From Patescibacteria group bacterium (GTDB taxonomy: Bacteria; Patescibacteriota; Gracilibacteria; UBA1369; UBA12463), in the NCBI GenBank assembly GCA_038062935.1, contig JBBTWG010000025.1:1-46014 (forward strand): a stretch of DNA of 46,014 nucleotides. The letters run 5' to 3'. Made by a program: the position numbers and the translations under genes. Of the stretch, positions 34,225 to 43,271 are shown in pieces (the first letter of the stretch is position 1; each line of letters opens with the position of its first letter). The notes under the pieces were generated by a model that saw only the letters and a list, made by a program, of their open reading frames with translations, was not told the DNA's origin and ran no database searches.

Positions 34225-35724
34225 ATGAGCAATCAAATTCCACAAATAGACGATTCAAAAAAAACCTTCGAAGATCGACAGATCACGTCAAAAGAGGTGG
34301 AGTACAACGAAAGAGTAGAACGCCTCGTCAGAAAATATCTCGAAGATGATATTGGAAAAGGTGAAAATGCCGATACTCAAATAGCGCAACTGATTCACGA
34401 ATTGAACGAAAATGGAATTCACAAAGTATTCGAAAAAGTGCGAGAAAAGCTCAAAGGCGCTTCGGCCAACGATCTTTCGAGTGTCGTCGACGACATCAAT
34501 CAGAAAACAAAGTATCTCGATGAGTACATGGACTACATCACAGCGGTGATTCTCACATACGCAGCGCAAGATTCAGAAGGAAAGAAAGACAAACTGAACA
34601 TTCGTGAACTCTATCGCTTCAACGTTGCCGCAAAAGGCAGTTTGAATGCGCATCAACGTGGATACGGAGGCATGGTGCAAAAGATGGCACAGGGAATCAA
34701 TCTGACGCAGAAAGAAGAAAAGAAGCTCGTACAAGGTTTGAAATCGCTCTCAGGAAATCCAGGAAATCGCAGCGGTCCACTCGAACAGATTCAGAATTCT
34801 GGCGCATGGGCGGTCGTGGGAATGATGAACGAACAGCAGCGATTCAATCTCGCGGCAACTTTTATCAAAGAAAAACCCGCAGAAGCAAAGTCATTTTTGG
34901 AAGGTATGACCACATCAGGAATCTTGACGATCGCAGATGCAAAAGCATTGTGGCCAGATGGGAGTTTCCCAGAAAAAGACCTTCAGGAAAAACAGCAAAA
35001 AGTGGCCAACATGCAGAGAGAATTAATGCAGCGAGTCGCAACTCAGCACAGCGATCAAAATCAGATTTTACGATTTACAGATCCGAAGAACCTCGCAGGA
35101 ATCGCGCTTCAGGTTTGGGGGGTCACCGAAATGATTTTGAATGGCGCAACCATGGCAAAAGCAGGAGATTGGAAAGGATTCGCCAGCAATCCATGGTTTC
35201 TCGGAGGCGCCGCCGCCGCAATGGCAGGCCACGGAATGACAACAAAAGGCGACATGTTCGCTTTCATCAAAGAGCCATCCGCAAATGAAAAAGAAGCAAT
35301 GAGATCACAGCAAAATCAAGAGAAGATCGGAAAAACATTGACTCGATATCCAACACAGTTTCAACAGATAGCCTGGGACGTCGTGGTGGCAGATGCGAAA
35401 CTCATGCGCGAGGATGCAATCAAGAGAAGCAAAGACAAGCACGCAATTCCATCAGTTGAATTAACGCTCAAAGATATCATCATCGGCATGAAAGAAAAAA
35501 ATGCAAAAAAACCAACCAAGCCCTATGGAGATCGAATTGCTGCACTCGAAATGATCCAGAATGCGAGCGACACCGGGACAAAGTTGGCGCTCAACGAAGC
35601 CATAACACTCATAGTCAAAACGCCAGAAATTGCGACAGCAGCAAACATAGACCAAATCTACAAACAGGCCATCAGAAAACAGGGAGTCGCCCAGAAAAAA
35701 CCGATCATAAAACCGGTCGTTTAA
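34225..35724 (+). CDS. Hypothetical protein (499 aa, mostly helical and charged, with one Gly/Ala-rich hydrophobic patch)
   Basis: A long ORF 36 nt after the previous gene. The hydrophobic segment is NPWFLGGAAAAMAGHGM. I found no catalytic motifs. Confidence 0.6.
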   Translation: MSNQIPQIDDSKKTFEDRQITSKEVEYNERVERLVRKYLEDDIGKGENADTQIAQLIHELNENGIHKVFEKVREKLKGASANDLSSVVDDINQKTKYLDEYMDYITAVILTYAAQDSEGKKDKLNIRELYRFNVAAKGSLNAHQRGYGGMVQKMAQGINLTQKEEKKLVQGLKSLSGNPGNRSGPLEQIQNSGAWAVVGMMNEQQRFNLAATFIKEKPAEAKSFLEGMTTSGILTIADAKALWPDGSFPEKDLQEKQQKVANMQRELMQRVATQHSDQNQILRFTDPKNLAGIALQVWGVTEMILNGATMAKAGDWKGFASNPWFLGGAAAAMAGHGMTTKGDMFAFIKEPSANEKEAMRSQQNQEKIGKTLTRYPTQFQQIAWDVVVADAKLMREDAIKRSKDKHAIPSVELTLKDIIIGMKEKNAKKPTKPYGDRIAALEMIQNASDTGTKLALNEAITLIVKTPEIATAANIDQIYKQAIRKQGVAQKKPIIKPVV

Positions 35725-35736
35725 AAAAAACAAAAA

Positions 35737-36624
35737 ATGGAAAATAATATCAAAAAATTCGAACACAAACTCCAGGAAAACGGCATGGATATCCGTGAAA
35801 AATTCCTGAGAAATCCAGCAGGTATGTATGTTGGCGAAGTTGCCAACACCGACAATGAACTTTTCCGTGCAGAGGTTCGCGAGACGAGCACGGGTGTGGT
35901 GTACGCATTCCAGCCCATTCGCGAAGATAAAGTCGAGATAGGTCCGAGCATTTCAATACCAGAAATAGCACTCAACCAAGCCATCCCACTCTTCGCACAA
36001 AAAATAGTAGAAGGTGATGTAGCGCGCAAAATCGCAGTACAAGAAATGGCAAAAAAAGCACTCACGCAAAGTCTCGCGGGAAGCGCAGTCGCTCGAGTAG
36101 TCGGCCACGAACTCAACGAACGTCTCATGGATCAGGCGATTCAGGAAAACGAGCAAGATCAAAGTGAAAAAGAGACAAGAAAAAAAGATTTTTTCAGAAA
36201 AAAAGCGAACAAAGAATACAGAATCAATAAAAAAATAAGCGAAGTTTTCGACGGAAAAATGACATTTACAGAAGAACTTCCCACCGGAAAACTCCCCGAT
36301 CTCCAGAAAATGAATCCAGAAGCAATATTGCGACAAGAAAAGAAAGGTTCAGGAAGAGCTACTCAATCACCAGGAGAAGCTCTCAAAACAAAAGAAACAT
36401 CGGGATTTCAGGATGCTCGAAAGAGGTATGACGAACAACAGAGAGAGCAGGCAAAGAACACGCAGCAACAGGAAGCACAAAAAGCAGAACAGAGGAAGCA
36501 GCAGCTCGCCCAACAAAGACAAAGATCAGGAAAAAGTTCCAGTACCTCATGGCTGACAGGAGGCGCCATCGGCGCCGGAGTCACGATCGGCGGAACAGGA
36601 TTATTCACTCTTCTCTTCTCCTAA
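35737..36624 (+). CDS. Hypothetical tail-anchored membrane protein (Gln/Glu/Lys-rich linker, C-terminal TM)
   Basis: It starts 12 nt after the previous gene. The C-terminal TM is WLTGGAIGAGVTIGGTGLFTLLFS, preceded by QQREQAKNTQQQEAQKAEQRKQQLAQQRQR. Confidence 0.6.
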   Translation: MENNIKKFEHKLQENGMDIREKFLRNPAGMYVGEVANTDNELFRAEVRETSTGVVYAFQPIREDKVEIGPSISIPEIALNQAIPLFAQKIVEGDVARKIAVQEMAKKALTQSLAGSAVARVVGHELNERLMDQAIQENEQDQSEKETRKKDFFRKKANKEYRINKKISEVFDGKMTFTEELPTGKLPDLQKMNPEAILRQEKKGSGRATQSPGEALKTKETSGFQDARKRYDEQQREQAKNTQQQEAQKAEQRKQQLAQQRQRSGKSSSTSWLTGGAIGAGVTIGGTGLFTLLFS

Positions 36625-36628
36625 AAAT

Positions 36629-38986
36629 ATGAACACCAAGCACACAAAAATGAGAAACCTCCGAAAAAGTGCCATCATGATCACGATCACGCTCGCGTGT
36701 GTGCTCATATTTTCCGGAGTCGCGTCAGCAGACACGACCACGACATTGCCACAAGAATTCGTCTCGAATTTTGCCAAGCTTTTGAGTTTCATTCTCCAGG
36801 CGCTCTCGAAGATCTTTTTGCCCATCATCATGCTCACGGGAGCGTTGATGAAAAGCGATTTTATCTTCAGCGGAACGATGAACGAGACACTCCTCACGAT
36901 CTGGACGCAGATCAGGAATCTCGTGAACGTCATCTTCGCCGTCATGCTCATCGTCGTCGCACTCTACAACGTTCTCGGACTGGGAGAATCCGCAGAAACA
37001 GGTGCCTATCTCCAATTCAAAAAAGCCCTCCCGAAAGTCGTCCTCGGACTCATCCTCGTCAATTTCTCGTACCTCGGAGTGAGAGTCTTGATCGACGTCG
37101 TGAATGTCGGAACCACGATCGCATTCTCGATCCCGAACTCTACGGGACTGCCAGCAAATGTTCAGAAAGAGCTCAAGGCAGACCAATCGCTCAACGCATT
37201 TTGTAGAATAGCAGCCAGTGACAAGAAACTCTACGGCGCCATCCAAAAAGCTCCTGCTCCACCAAAAAAAGGAGAAGAACCAAAGCCAAAACCAGTAGTC
37301 GCTCCCTCAAAAGAAATTTGTGATGAGAACCAGAAATTAACAAAAGAAACACTCGAAATGCTCACAAAGTGGAACATCGACGGTGCCGTCCCGATCATGG
37401 CGATCAAATTTATGAATCTCCAGAAGCTCGATAGTGTCAGCGCAGAAATTCAAAAAAGCGGCGGCAAGATTGAGAAGCTTACCTTAAATCTCATCGTCTC
37501 GATCGTGCTCTATCTCCTCTATGGAGTCAGCTTCTTGGCACTTTTTGTGATGCTCCTCGGGAGAGCCGTGGCTCTCTGGATGGTCGTCGTATTTTCACCC
37601 GTGATCGCTATCCAAATGGCGTTCCCGCAACTCATAAGCTCTGTAGGCGGCGGCAATTATGGCCAGCAAATTATCAAAACACTCATCGCCCCAATCATCA
37701 TCGGATTTGTGATGTCGATCGGATTCATGATTATCGGAACGATGCAGAATGTGGACTATAGTAACACTTCTCTCAACATCCTCTCCATCAGCACCACCGC
37801 AGCCGATCTCCAGACCTCGAACATCGAAACATTCCAGCAATTCCTCATCGCCATCGGCGCCGTCGCTTTTGTATTCCTAGGCGTGCAGAGCGCCACCAAA
37901 GACGCCATCGGCGGAGAAATCGCCGGAAGTATCCTCAGCGGTGCACAGCAGGTCGGAACCTGGGCCGCAACAGCGCCATTCAAATACGCTCCTATTTTCC
38001 CAGTGCAGAGTCCAGACGGCGAACATTTCAACGCCAGCCCTGCAGCGATGTTGAAAGTAGTGGGCGCTATTCCGGATGCCATGAATACTGCCGCGAACGA
38101 ACAAGCAAAAAAAATGTTTCCCACCGCTTTTGGTAATTTTGAAGCACAGCTCAAAGAAATCAAAGATGGTGCAAGTGCAGAAAAATTTGCAGACATAGTG
38201 CGAGGAACCAGCAAGCCAGAACTTTTGAAATCAAAAGAATTGGTATCAGCAGCAAAGAGAATGATGGATAAAGGAGGCATCACGGATAAAAATTTGAAAG
38301 AACAGATCGAGGCAATAGCAAACTCAGGTGGAGATGAAGAGAAAGTCAGTAAAGCCATCGAAAGAATTCGAAATTTGGCAAAAACAGGTCCAGTAGCTGC
38401 CGCTCTCGATACCAAAAAAACAGAAGTCCCACAACTCGTCAGTCAACGTCTCTTGGAAGGAGAAGAGCAGGGGAAATTAGAGAGACTCCAGAAAGCCTTA
38501 GCAGATGGGAAGATCAAAACAGAAGAAGATCTAAAAAATCATGAAGGATATGCAGCCTCCGAAAAAGCCAAGAGGATCAGTGAAGCAGTAGCAGCAACAA
38601 CAGGAGCAGCAACCGGCGCTGTCGGAGCCGCAAAAGCAGATCCAGCAAAAGTGACCGACGCACTCAACAAAGCAAAAGGAGAGTTGGAAACCGCAAAAGT
38701 GCCAAAAGCAAAACAGAAAGAAATTCTCGTCAAAATCGTCAATGATGCCACGAAACCGGAAGAAAGAACGGCAATAGCAGATGCTCTCGAGAAAGGCCAA
38801 GATGCAGAAATAAAAGCGGTCGGACAAGAAATAAGAAAGACTATTCCTCCGACACCACCAGCAGAACCTACTCCTGTGGCAGTTTCGAAGCCAGTAGCGC
38901 CACCAGTCGCTCCGGCAGCCGCCCCGCCAAAAGCTGAACCCCCTGCGGCAGAACCACCAAAACCAGGCCCAGCCGTCACCCCATAA
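36629..38986 (+). CDS. Hypothetical polytopic membrane protein: signal peptide, at least 6-7 TM helices, long Lys/Glu/Ala-rich and Pro/Ala-rich C-terminal tail (architecture reminiscent of VirB6/TrbL)
   Basis: It starts 4 nt after the previous gene. The signal peptide is AIMITITLACVLIFSGVASA|D. TM segments include IFLPIIMLTGALM, VIFAVMLIVVALYNVLGL, VVLGLILVNFSYLGVRVLIDVV, LIVSIVLYLLYGVSFLALFVMLLG, LWMVVVFSPVIAIQMAF, LIAPIIIGFVMSIGFMIIG and FLIAIGAVAFVFLGV. The tail ends PPTPPAEPTPVAVSKPVAPPVAPAAAPPKAEPPAAEPPKPGPAVTP. Confidence 0.7.
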   Translation: MNTKHTKMRNLRKSAIMITITLACVLIFSGVASADTTTTLPQEFVSNFAKLLSFILQALSKIFLPIIMLTGALMKSDFIFSGTMNETLLTIWTQIRNLVNVIFAVMLIVVALYNVLGLGESAETGAYLQFKKALPKVVLGLILVNFSYLGVRVLIDVVNVGTTIAFSIPNSTGLPANVQKELKADQSLNAFCRIAASDKKLYGAIQKAPAPPKKGEEPKPKPVVAPSKEICDENQKLTKETLEMLTKWNIDGAVPIMAIKFMNLQKLDSVSAEIQKSGGKIEKLTLNLIVSIVLYLLYGVSFLALFVMLLGRAVALWMVVVFSPVIAIQMAFPQLISSVGGGNYGQQIIKTLIAPIIIGFVMSIGFMIIGTMQNVDYSNTSLNILSISTTAADLQTSNIETFQQFLIAIGAVAFVFLGVQSATKDAIGGEIAGSILSGAQQVGTWAATAPFKYAPIFPVQSPDGEHFNASPAAMLKVVGAIPDAMNTAANEQAKKMFPTAFGNFEAQLKEIKDGASAEKFADIVRGTSKPELLKSKELVSAAKRMMDKGGITDKNLKEQIEAIANSGGDEEKVSKAIERIRNLAKTGPVAAALDTKKTEVPQLVSQRLLEGEEQGKLERLQKALADGKIKTEEDLKNHEGYAASEKAKRISEAVAATTGAATGAVGAAKADPAKVTDALNKAKGELETAKVPKAKQKEILVKIVNDATKPEERTAIADALEKGQDAEIKAVGQEIRKTIPPTPPAEPTPVAVSKPVAPPVAPAAAPPKAEPPAAEPPKPGPAVTP

Positions 38987-39046
38987 CCTCACCCATCTCG
39001 TCTCAGAAAAAACTTGACAAAAAACAAAAAGTATTGAATTATACCC

Positions 39047-42000
39047 ATGAAAGAAACTCAAAAACACACACAAATCAGAAAAGCAGCAGCGCAGATCGTA
39101 ACCCCTTTCTCGCTCATGCACAACACACAGCATCATCTCATGTTCTGTGATCTCGGAGCCTCCACAGCGGGGTCGCTCACCAGTCTCTACGGAAGGTCGG
39201 TTTTTTTCGCAGATAGCGGAAAAGCACAGACATCCGGAAATGATGATGTCACCAAAAAACTGTCATCCGAGCAGACAACGCATGATGATAAAAAGACAGG
39301 AACAAAGCTCGAGCAGCAGCTCGAAAAAAATAAAAAACGTTTCCATCCCACGACCTACAGCAAAGCACATGATGCCCTCAAGAGAGGAACATTCTACGAA
39401 GAAACACTCGTCGAACGTCTCATAGGAGGCACCATCACGAGCGAGCGTTTCGAAGAAATGGTGGAAAGACTCGGCAAAGAATTGAACGATCCCGAGAAAA
39501 ATCTCACAGAAATGGAGCTCACCGGCAAGATCAAATCCGGAACATATGATCAGGCAATTCAGTCGCTCCAGGAAGATGACGAAGCGTTCATCGAGCACAA
39601 AATGGCCGCGCGAGAACTTTCGAAAGGATTCATGAAAGAAAAAGAATTCCTCCTCTTGCTCAAGAAAAAACCACTCCCAAAAAAAGAGATAACGAGATTA
39701 AGTGCTCTCGAAACATACGGGAACGAAGCCATCGAAGTCGGCCGCGAAAGCACGCATCAACTCCTCGATGCGTACTCCACCAGCTACGAAGAATATTGCG
39801 ACGCAAAAGTCGACACACCAGAAATGGCTGAAGAGTACCAAAAAAACATGGAAAAGATGCGAGATGCAGCAGCAAGAAAGGATACTGTGGGAAGGCAGCT
39901 CGATGCTGTTTTGCACGAGGTGGCAGAAGGCGATCAGATACTCGAGAAAAAACTCTCCGATGCTCTTTTTAGTCTTCTCAAAGACGAAGAAAAAGTGACT
40001 ACAGCGCACATTCAAACAGCATTCCAAAAAGTCCGGGAAGGCAGCAAAAAGCAATTTCAAATTGATCCTCAGCAGGTTCAGCAGATTGAGGCACATTTTG
40101 AAAAAATCCAGAAAATCGGAGACGAATTTGCTGCAAAAAGCAAAGCAATGACCGATCATCTCGCACTCATTCAGAAAAAATCACTCGAAAAAGCAAGCGT
40201 CGACAAAGTCATCGCAGACGGTCAGAGAGCCACCGGCATCACACTCAAGCCCGGCACAAAGTTGAAATTCAAACAGAAGTATTACGACGAGGAAACTGGA
40301 AAGACGATCGAGAAAGACACTGAAACAGAAATCATCGGTATCTACGTCGACACATCCGCCAAAGAAAAAATCGAATGGAACGATCGCGAATTTCAGTCGG
40401 ATGAAATTCCACTCGTCGTCATGACCGGCCAAGGAGTGCCACTCACCATCACACGCCTCAAAAAATGGGTCGACGAATCCGGCGCACAGGAACAGATAGA
40501 AACCCAGCAGGAGCTCGAAAAAGAACTCGGCTTCAGCGTGAAGCCAGGGACACAATTGCAATTCAACACAGTAGTTCGAGAAACAGGAAAAATGCGAGCA
40601 GAAGAAGTTTCGAACACCGTCACAATTATGCCAGCACTCCAAGTACCAGGCGCAGAACCTCGCATCCAGCTCAACAAAAAAGTCACTCTCAGAACTCCAG
40701 AATCCGCCCCTCACGCTCGCCTCACGCAGCGCGTCGAGAAACAGAGCCTCACTTACGCCGAGTTTCTCATTTGGGCTAGAAATTATGAAGTAAGTCCAGA
40801 GCACACCAGCGTCGCAGAGCTCGCAAAAGCCGCAGAAATCGAATCCGGTTTGCACGAGAATCAAGTCCTGGTCTCCGGCGACGCCGCACGCTCGATGATG
40901 TGGCTCGTGAAAAAGATCGAACTTCCACAGCCATCAGGAAAAACAGGAAAAATCACACTCGGCAATGCACAGGGTGACATGACGCTGTCATTTGGAGAAT
41001 TCCTCCGCATGGCTCAGAAGCAAGGTCTCAGAAATTACGACGTGAAAGAAGAGGTCGATCAGCGCATGGCATCGCTCCAGGGCAGCGATGATTATTTCCC
41101 AGAATATGAACGCGAAACAAGAAACACAGCCAACAAAGTGGAAAAATTTACCGCACAAGCTTCGCGTGACGGAGCAGAAAAACAGCAGGAAAGTCAGGCA
41201 CTTCGGAAGGCAATTCAAAACGAACAAAGAATGGCCGCAGACAAAGGTGGGCACGGACCAACACTCCCTGTAGCCACCGCAGCACTCGAAACCGGTGCCG
41301 CCAACGACAACAAAGAACATCACGGCGAACACAAAGAACATGCCGGAGGAGCACACGCTGAAGGCGACCACCACCATGATAAAAAAGAAGGCGACGATCA
41401 CCATGACAAAAAACATGGCGACGATCACGGTAAAGGCGACGACCACGGCGGTGACGACCATGGAAAAGAAAAAAAACATGACGATCACGCCGGAGGGGAT
41501 GAGACCATGAAAGGTCTCAAAGACGTCGAAGTTCCAAAAGACGGAGCCATGAGAGCATTTTGGAGAAAGACAACATTCCTCCGAGGAGCGGATATCTGGG
41601 AGCTCGGAAAAGCCTGTTGGGAATACTACAAACGTTGGTACGAACGCGAATCCAAAGGTCGTTACGCCAATTACGGGAAAGATCTCCCGTACCTCATGAC
41701 GGAGATGTTGAAAGTCAAAGAAGACACCGAGCATCACGAAGTAGGACAGTTCAAAAGCGCCATGGTTAACATGGGTGTCGTCGAAATCCAACACATCATG
41801 CATCAGACCACCAATAAAGATCAGCTCAAAGCCTGTATCGAAGCACTCGTCGATAAAGGTCAGATGGACTGGAACGACATGCATTTTTGGCAGGCGCTCA
41901 ATCTCCACCTTCCCAACGACAAAAAAATTCGCTACGACAGCAATCACCTCGATCCCCACAAAGGTGTCTACGTCGATCCCACCACCGGCAAGAAATTGTC

Positions 42001-43270
42001 CGGTATTGATATGGTCAAGAAAGGTATCGACTCCATGTGGGGCGATAATCAATTCAACAACTGGTGGAGCAGCAACGATGGCAAATACACCTCCCAGATG
42101 AACACGTTCGATGCAAAAGGAATGCAATTCGAAAATGATCCCAAAAACAATGGTGGAGTGCGCGCACATCTTCAAATGATGTTGCGGGTTCACATGGAGG
42201 GTCAAGGTGGATGGACCGATCCACACGAGTATGAAGGCATTATCCGATTCATCATCAAGGCAGGAAAAGCGAGCGTCGAAGACAAGTTTTATTTCATCGT
42301 CATGGGAGTAGCAACAGGACTTCTCACGCTCGATCGTATCGGTGCTATCAATGGCGAATATCTCAATCAAATCCCATGGCTCGATTGGCTCACCGACAAA
42401 GGAACTCGAAAACCTTTTCAGGAAGGCGAAGGTCCATACAAAATTTCAGAGCTCAAAGAGCTGGCTGGATATCTCTTCCATGATCCGAATATCAAAGAGC
42501 CAGGACAGAAGTATCTCCCTCACCTTCGCACCCGAAAGTTACTATGGGAAACAGTTTTGCAGGACGACAAAACGCTCGTCAGAACGAACAAAGGCATTCG
42601 TCAGGCACAAAAAATCGATCACGAAGATACGCCATTTATCGTTCCACTGGTCTCAGAAGCAAACGCCGAAATTCTCTGTAAGCTCAGAAGTAGCACAGAA
42701 GGTATGTTCACGACAGAAGGTTATCTGAACGCCTACACCGGTTATGGTCAATTTATGCAGGTCACAGCCAAAACAGGAGCAGCAGATAAGCTGGCAACCT
42801 GCATCAAAGCGTATGTCCGTTATGACGGCATTCTCGACAATCGCTACAGACCCAACGAGATAGCGTATCAACGTCTGAGTATTTCTGACTACAGAAGGCC
42901 AGCACTCACGGATACCAAAGGGATTCATGTGATTCAACACAAACAGCAGCTCAGCGAAATGATTATCAATATCGGTCGTGCCTATGGCTATAACTGGGAA
43001 AAAGTCTTTCAGAAGAACGAAAAAGATAAGGATAAACAGAAAGAAATTCATGACGCCATCAATCTCTTCAATACGGAATTTCAGGAGGCAATCGATAATC
43101 AGGGCTCACAAAAAATGCTCGATATCGTGAAAAACACCGACCTCTACGGAACCGGCGAAGACTTCCTCACGCCACAAGAAACTCAGGCAAGAGCCAGAGC
43201 CGCAGAAGCACGAGTCGCCGCCGCATCAGAAGCCGCCGCCATGGCCGGAACCGGCACAGACGGGATGTAG
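39047..43270 (+). CDS. Giant hypothetical protein (1407 aa): coiled-coil-like N-terminal third, three approximately 95-aa tandem modules, a His/Asp-rich tract, and a roughly 600-aa Trp/Tyr-rich C-terminal domain
   Basis: A single uninterrupted ORF, last gene of the co-directional block. I saw no TM helix, Walker A motif or HExxH motif. The exact start is uncertain. The 460-aa antisense ORF at 40988-42370 was rejected as a shadow. Confidence 0.7.
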   Translation: MKETQKHTQIRKAAAQIVTPFSLMHNTQHHLMFCDLGASTAGSLTSLYGRSVFFADSGKAQTSGNDDVTKKLSSEQTTHDDKKTGTKLEQQLEKNKKRFHPTTYSKAHDALKRGTFYEETLVERLIGGTITSERFEEMVERLGKELNDPEKNLTEMELTGKIKSGTYDQAIQSLQEDDEAFIEHKMAARELSKGFMKEKEFLLLLKKKPLPKKEITRLSALETYGNEAIEVGRESTHQLLDAYSTSYEEYCDAKVDTPEMAEEYQKNMEKMRDAAARKDTVGRQLDAVLHEVAEGDQILEKKLSDALFSLLKDEEKVTTAHIQTAFQKVREGSKKQFQIDPQQVQQIEAHFEKIQKIGDEFAAKSKAMTDHLALIQKKSLEKASVDKVIADGQRATGITLKPGTKLKFKQKYYDEETGKTIEKDTETEIIGIYVDTSAKEKIEWNDREFQSDEIPLVVMTGQGVPLTITRLKKWVDESGAQEQIETQQELEKELGFSVKPGTQLQFNTVVRETGKMRAEEVSNTVTIMPALQVPGAEPRIQLNKKVTLRTPESAPHARLTQRVEKQSLTYAEFLIWARNYEVSPEHTSVAELAKAAEIESGLHENQVLVSGDAARSMMWLVKKIELPQPSGKTGKITLGNAQGDMTLSFGEFLRMAQKQGLRNYDVKEEVDQRMASLQGSDDYFPEYERETRNTANKVEKFTAQASRDGAEKQQESQALRKAIQNEQRMAADKGGHGPTLPVATAALETGAANDNKEHHGEHKEHAGGAHAEGDHHHDKKEGDDHHDKKHGDDHGKGDDHGGDDHGKEKKHDDHAGGDETMKGLKDVEVPKDGAMRAFWRKTTFLRGADIWELGKACWEYYKRWYERESKGRYANYGKDLPYLMTEMLKVKEDTEHHEVGQFKSAMVNMGVVEIQHIMHQTTNKDQLKACIEALVDKGQMDWNDMHFWQALNLHLPNDKKIRYDSNHLDPHKGVYVDPTTGKKLSGIDMVKKGIDSMWGDNQFNNWWSSNDGKYTSQMNTFDAKGMQFENDPKNNGGVRAHLQMMLRVHMEGQGGWTDPHEYEGIIRFIIKAGKASVEDKFYFIVMGVATGLLTLDRIGAINGEYLNQIPWLDWLTDKGTRKPFQEGEGPYKISELKELAGYLFHDPNIKEPGQKYLPHLRTRKLLWETVLQDDKTLVRTNKGIRQAQKIDHEDTPFIVPLVSEANAEILCKLRSSTEGMFTTEGYLNAYTGYGQFMQVTAKTGAADKLATCIKAYVRYDGILDNRYRPNEIAYQRLSISDYRRPALTDTKGIHVIQHKQQLSEMIINIGRAYGYNWEKVFQKNEKDKDKQKEIHDAINLFNTEFQEAIDNQGSQKMLDIVKNTDLYGTGEDFLTPQETQARARAAEARVAAASEAAAMAGTGTDGM
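41312..41503 (+). repeat. His/Asp/Gly/Lys low-complexity tract inside the 1407-aa ORF
   Basis: The translation is KEHHGEHKEHAGGAHAEGDHHHDKKEGDDHHDKKHGDDHGKGDDHGGDDHGKEKKHDDHAGGDE. The DNA shows reiterated ggcgacga(t/c)ca(c/t) units. Confidence 0.85.
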
Positions 43271-43271
43271 A

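Noticed and set aside
33451-34245. A 264-aa minus-strand ORF overlapping the first gene of the orphan operon.
   Set aside because: The translation is Cys/Phe-rich and implausible. The plus-strand ORF has clean TM helices, a promoter candidate upstream and tight spacing to the next gene.
40988-42370. A 460-aa minus-strand ORF inside the 1407-aa gene.
   Set aside because: Its composition is Phe/Val/Cys/His-rich, mirroring the sense-strand Lys/Glu/Asp/His codons. It breaks the operon logic, and its His/Val-rich stretch is just the complement of the His/Asp tract.
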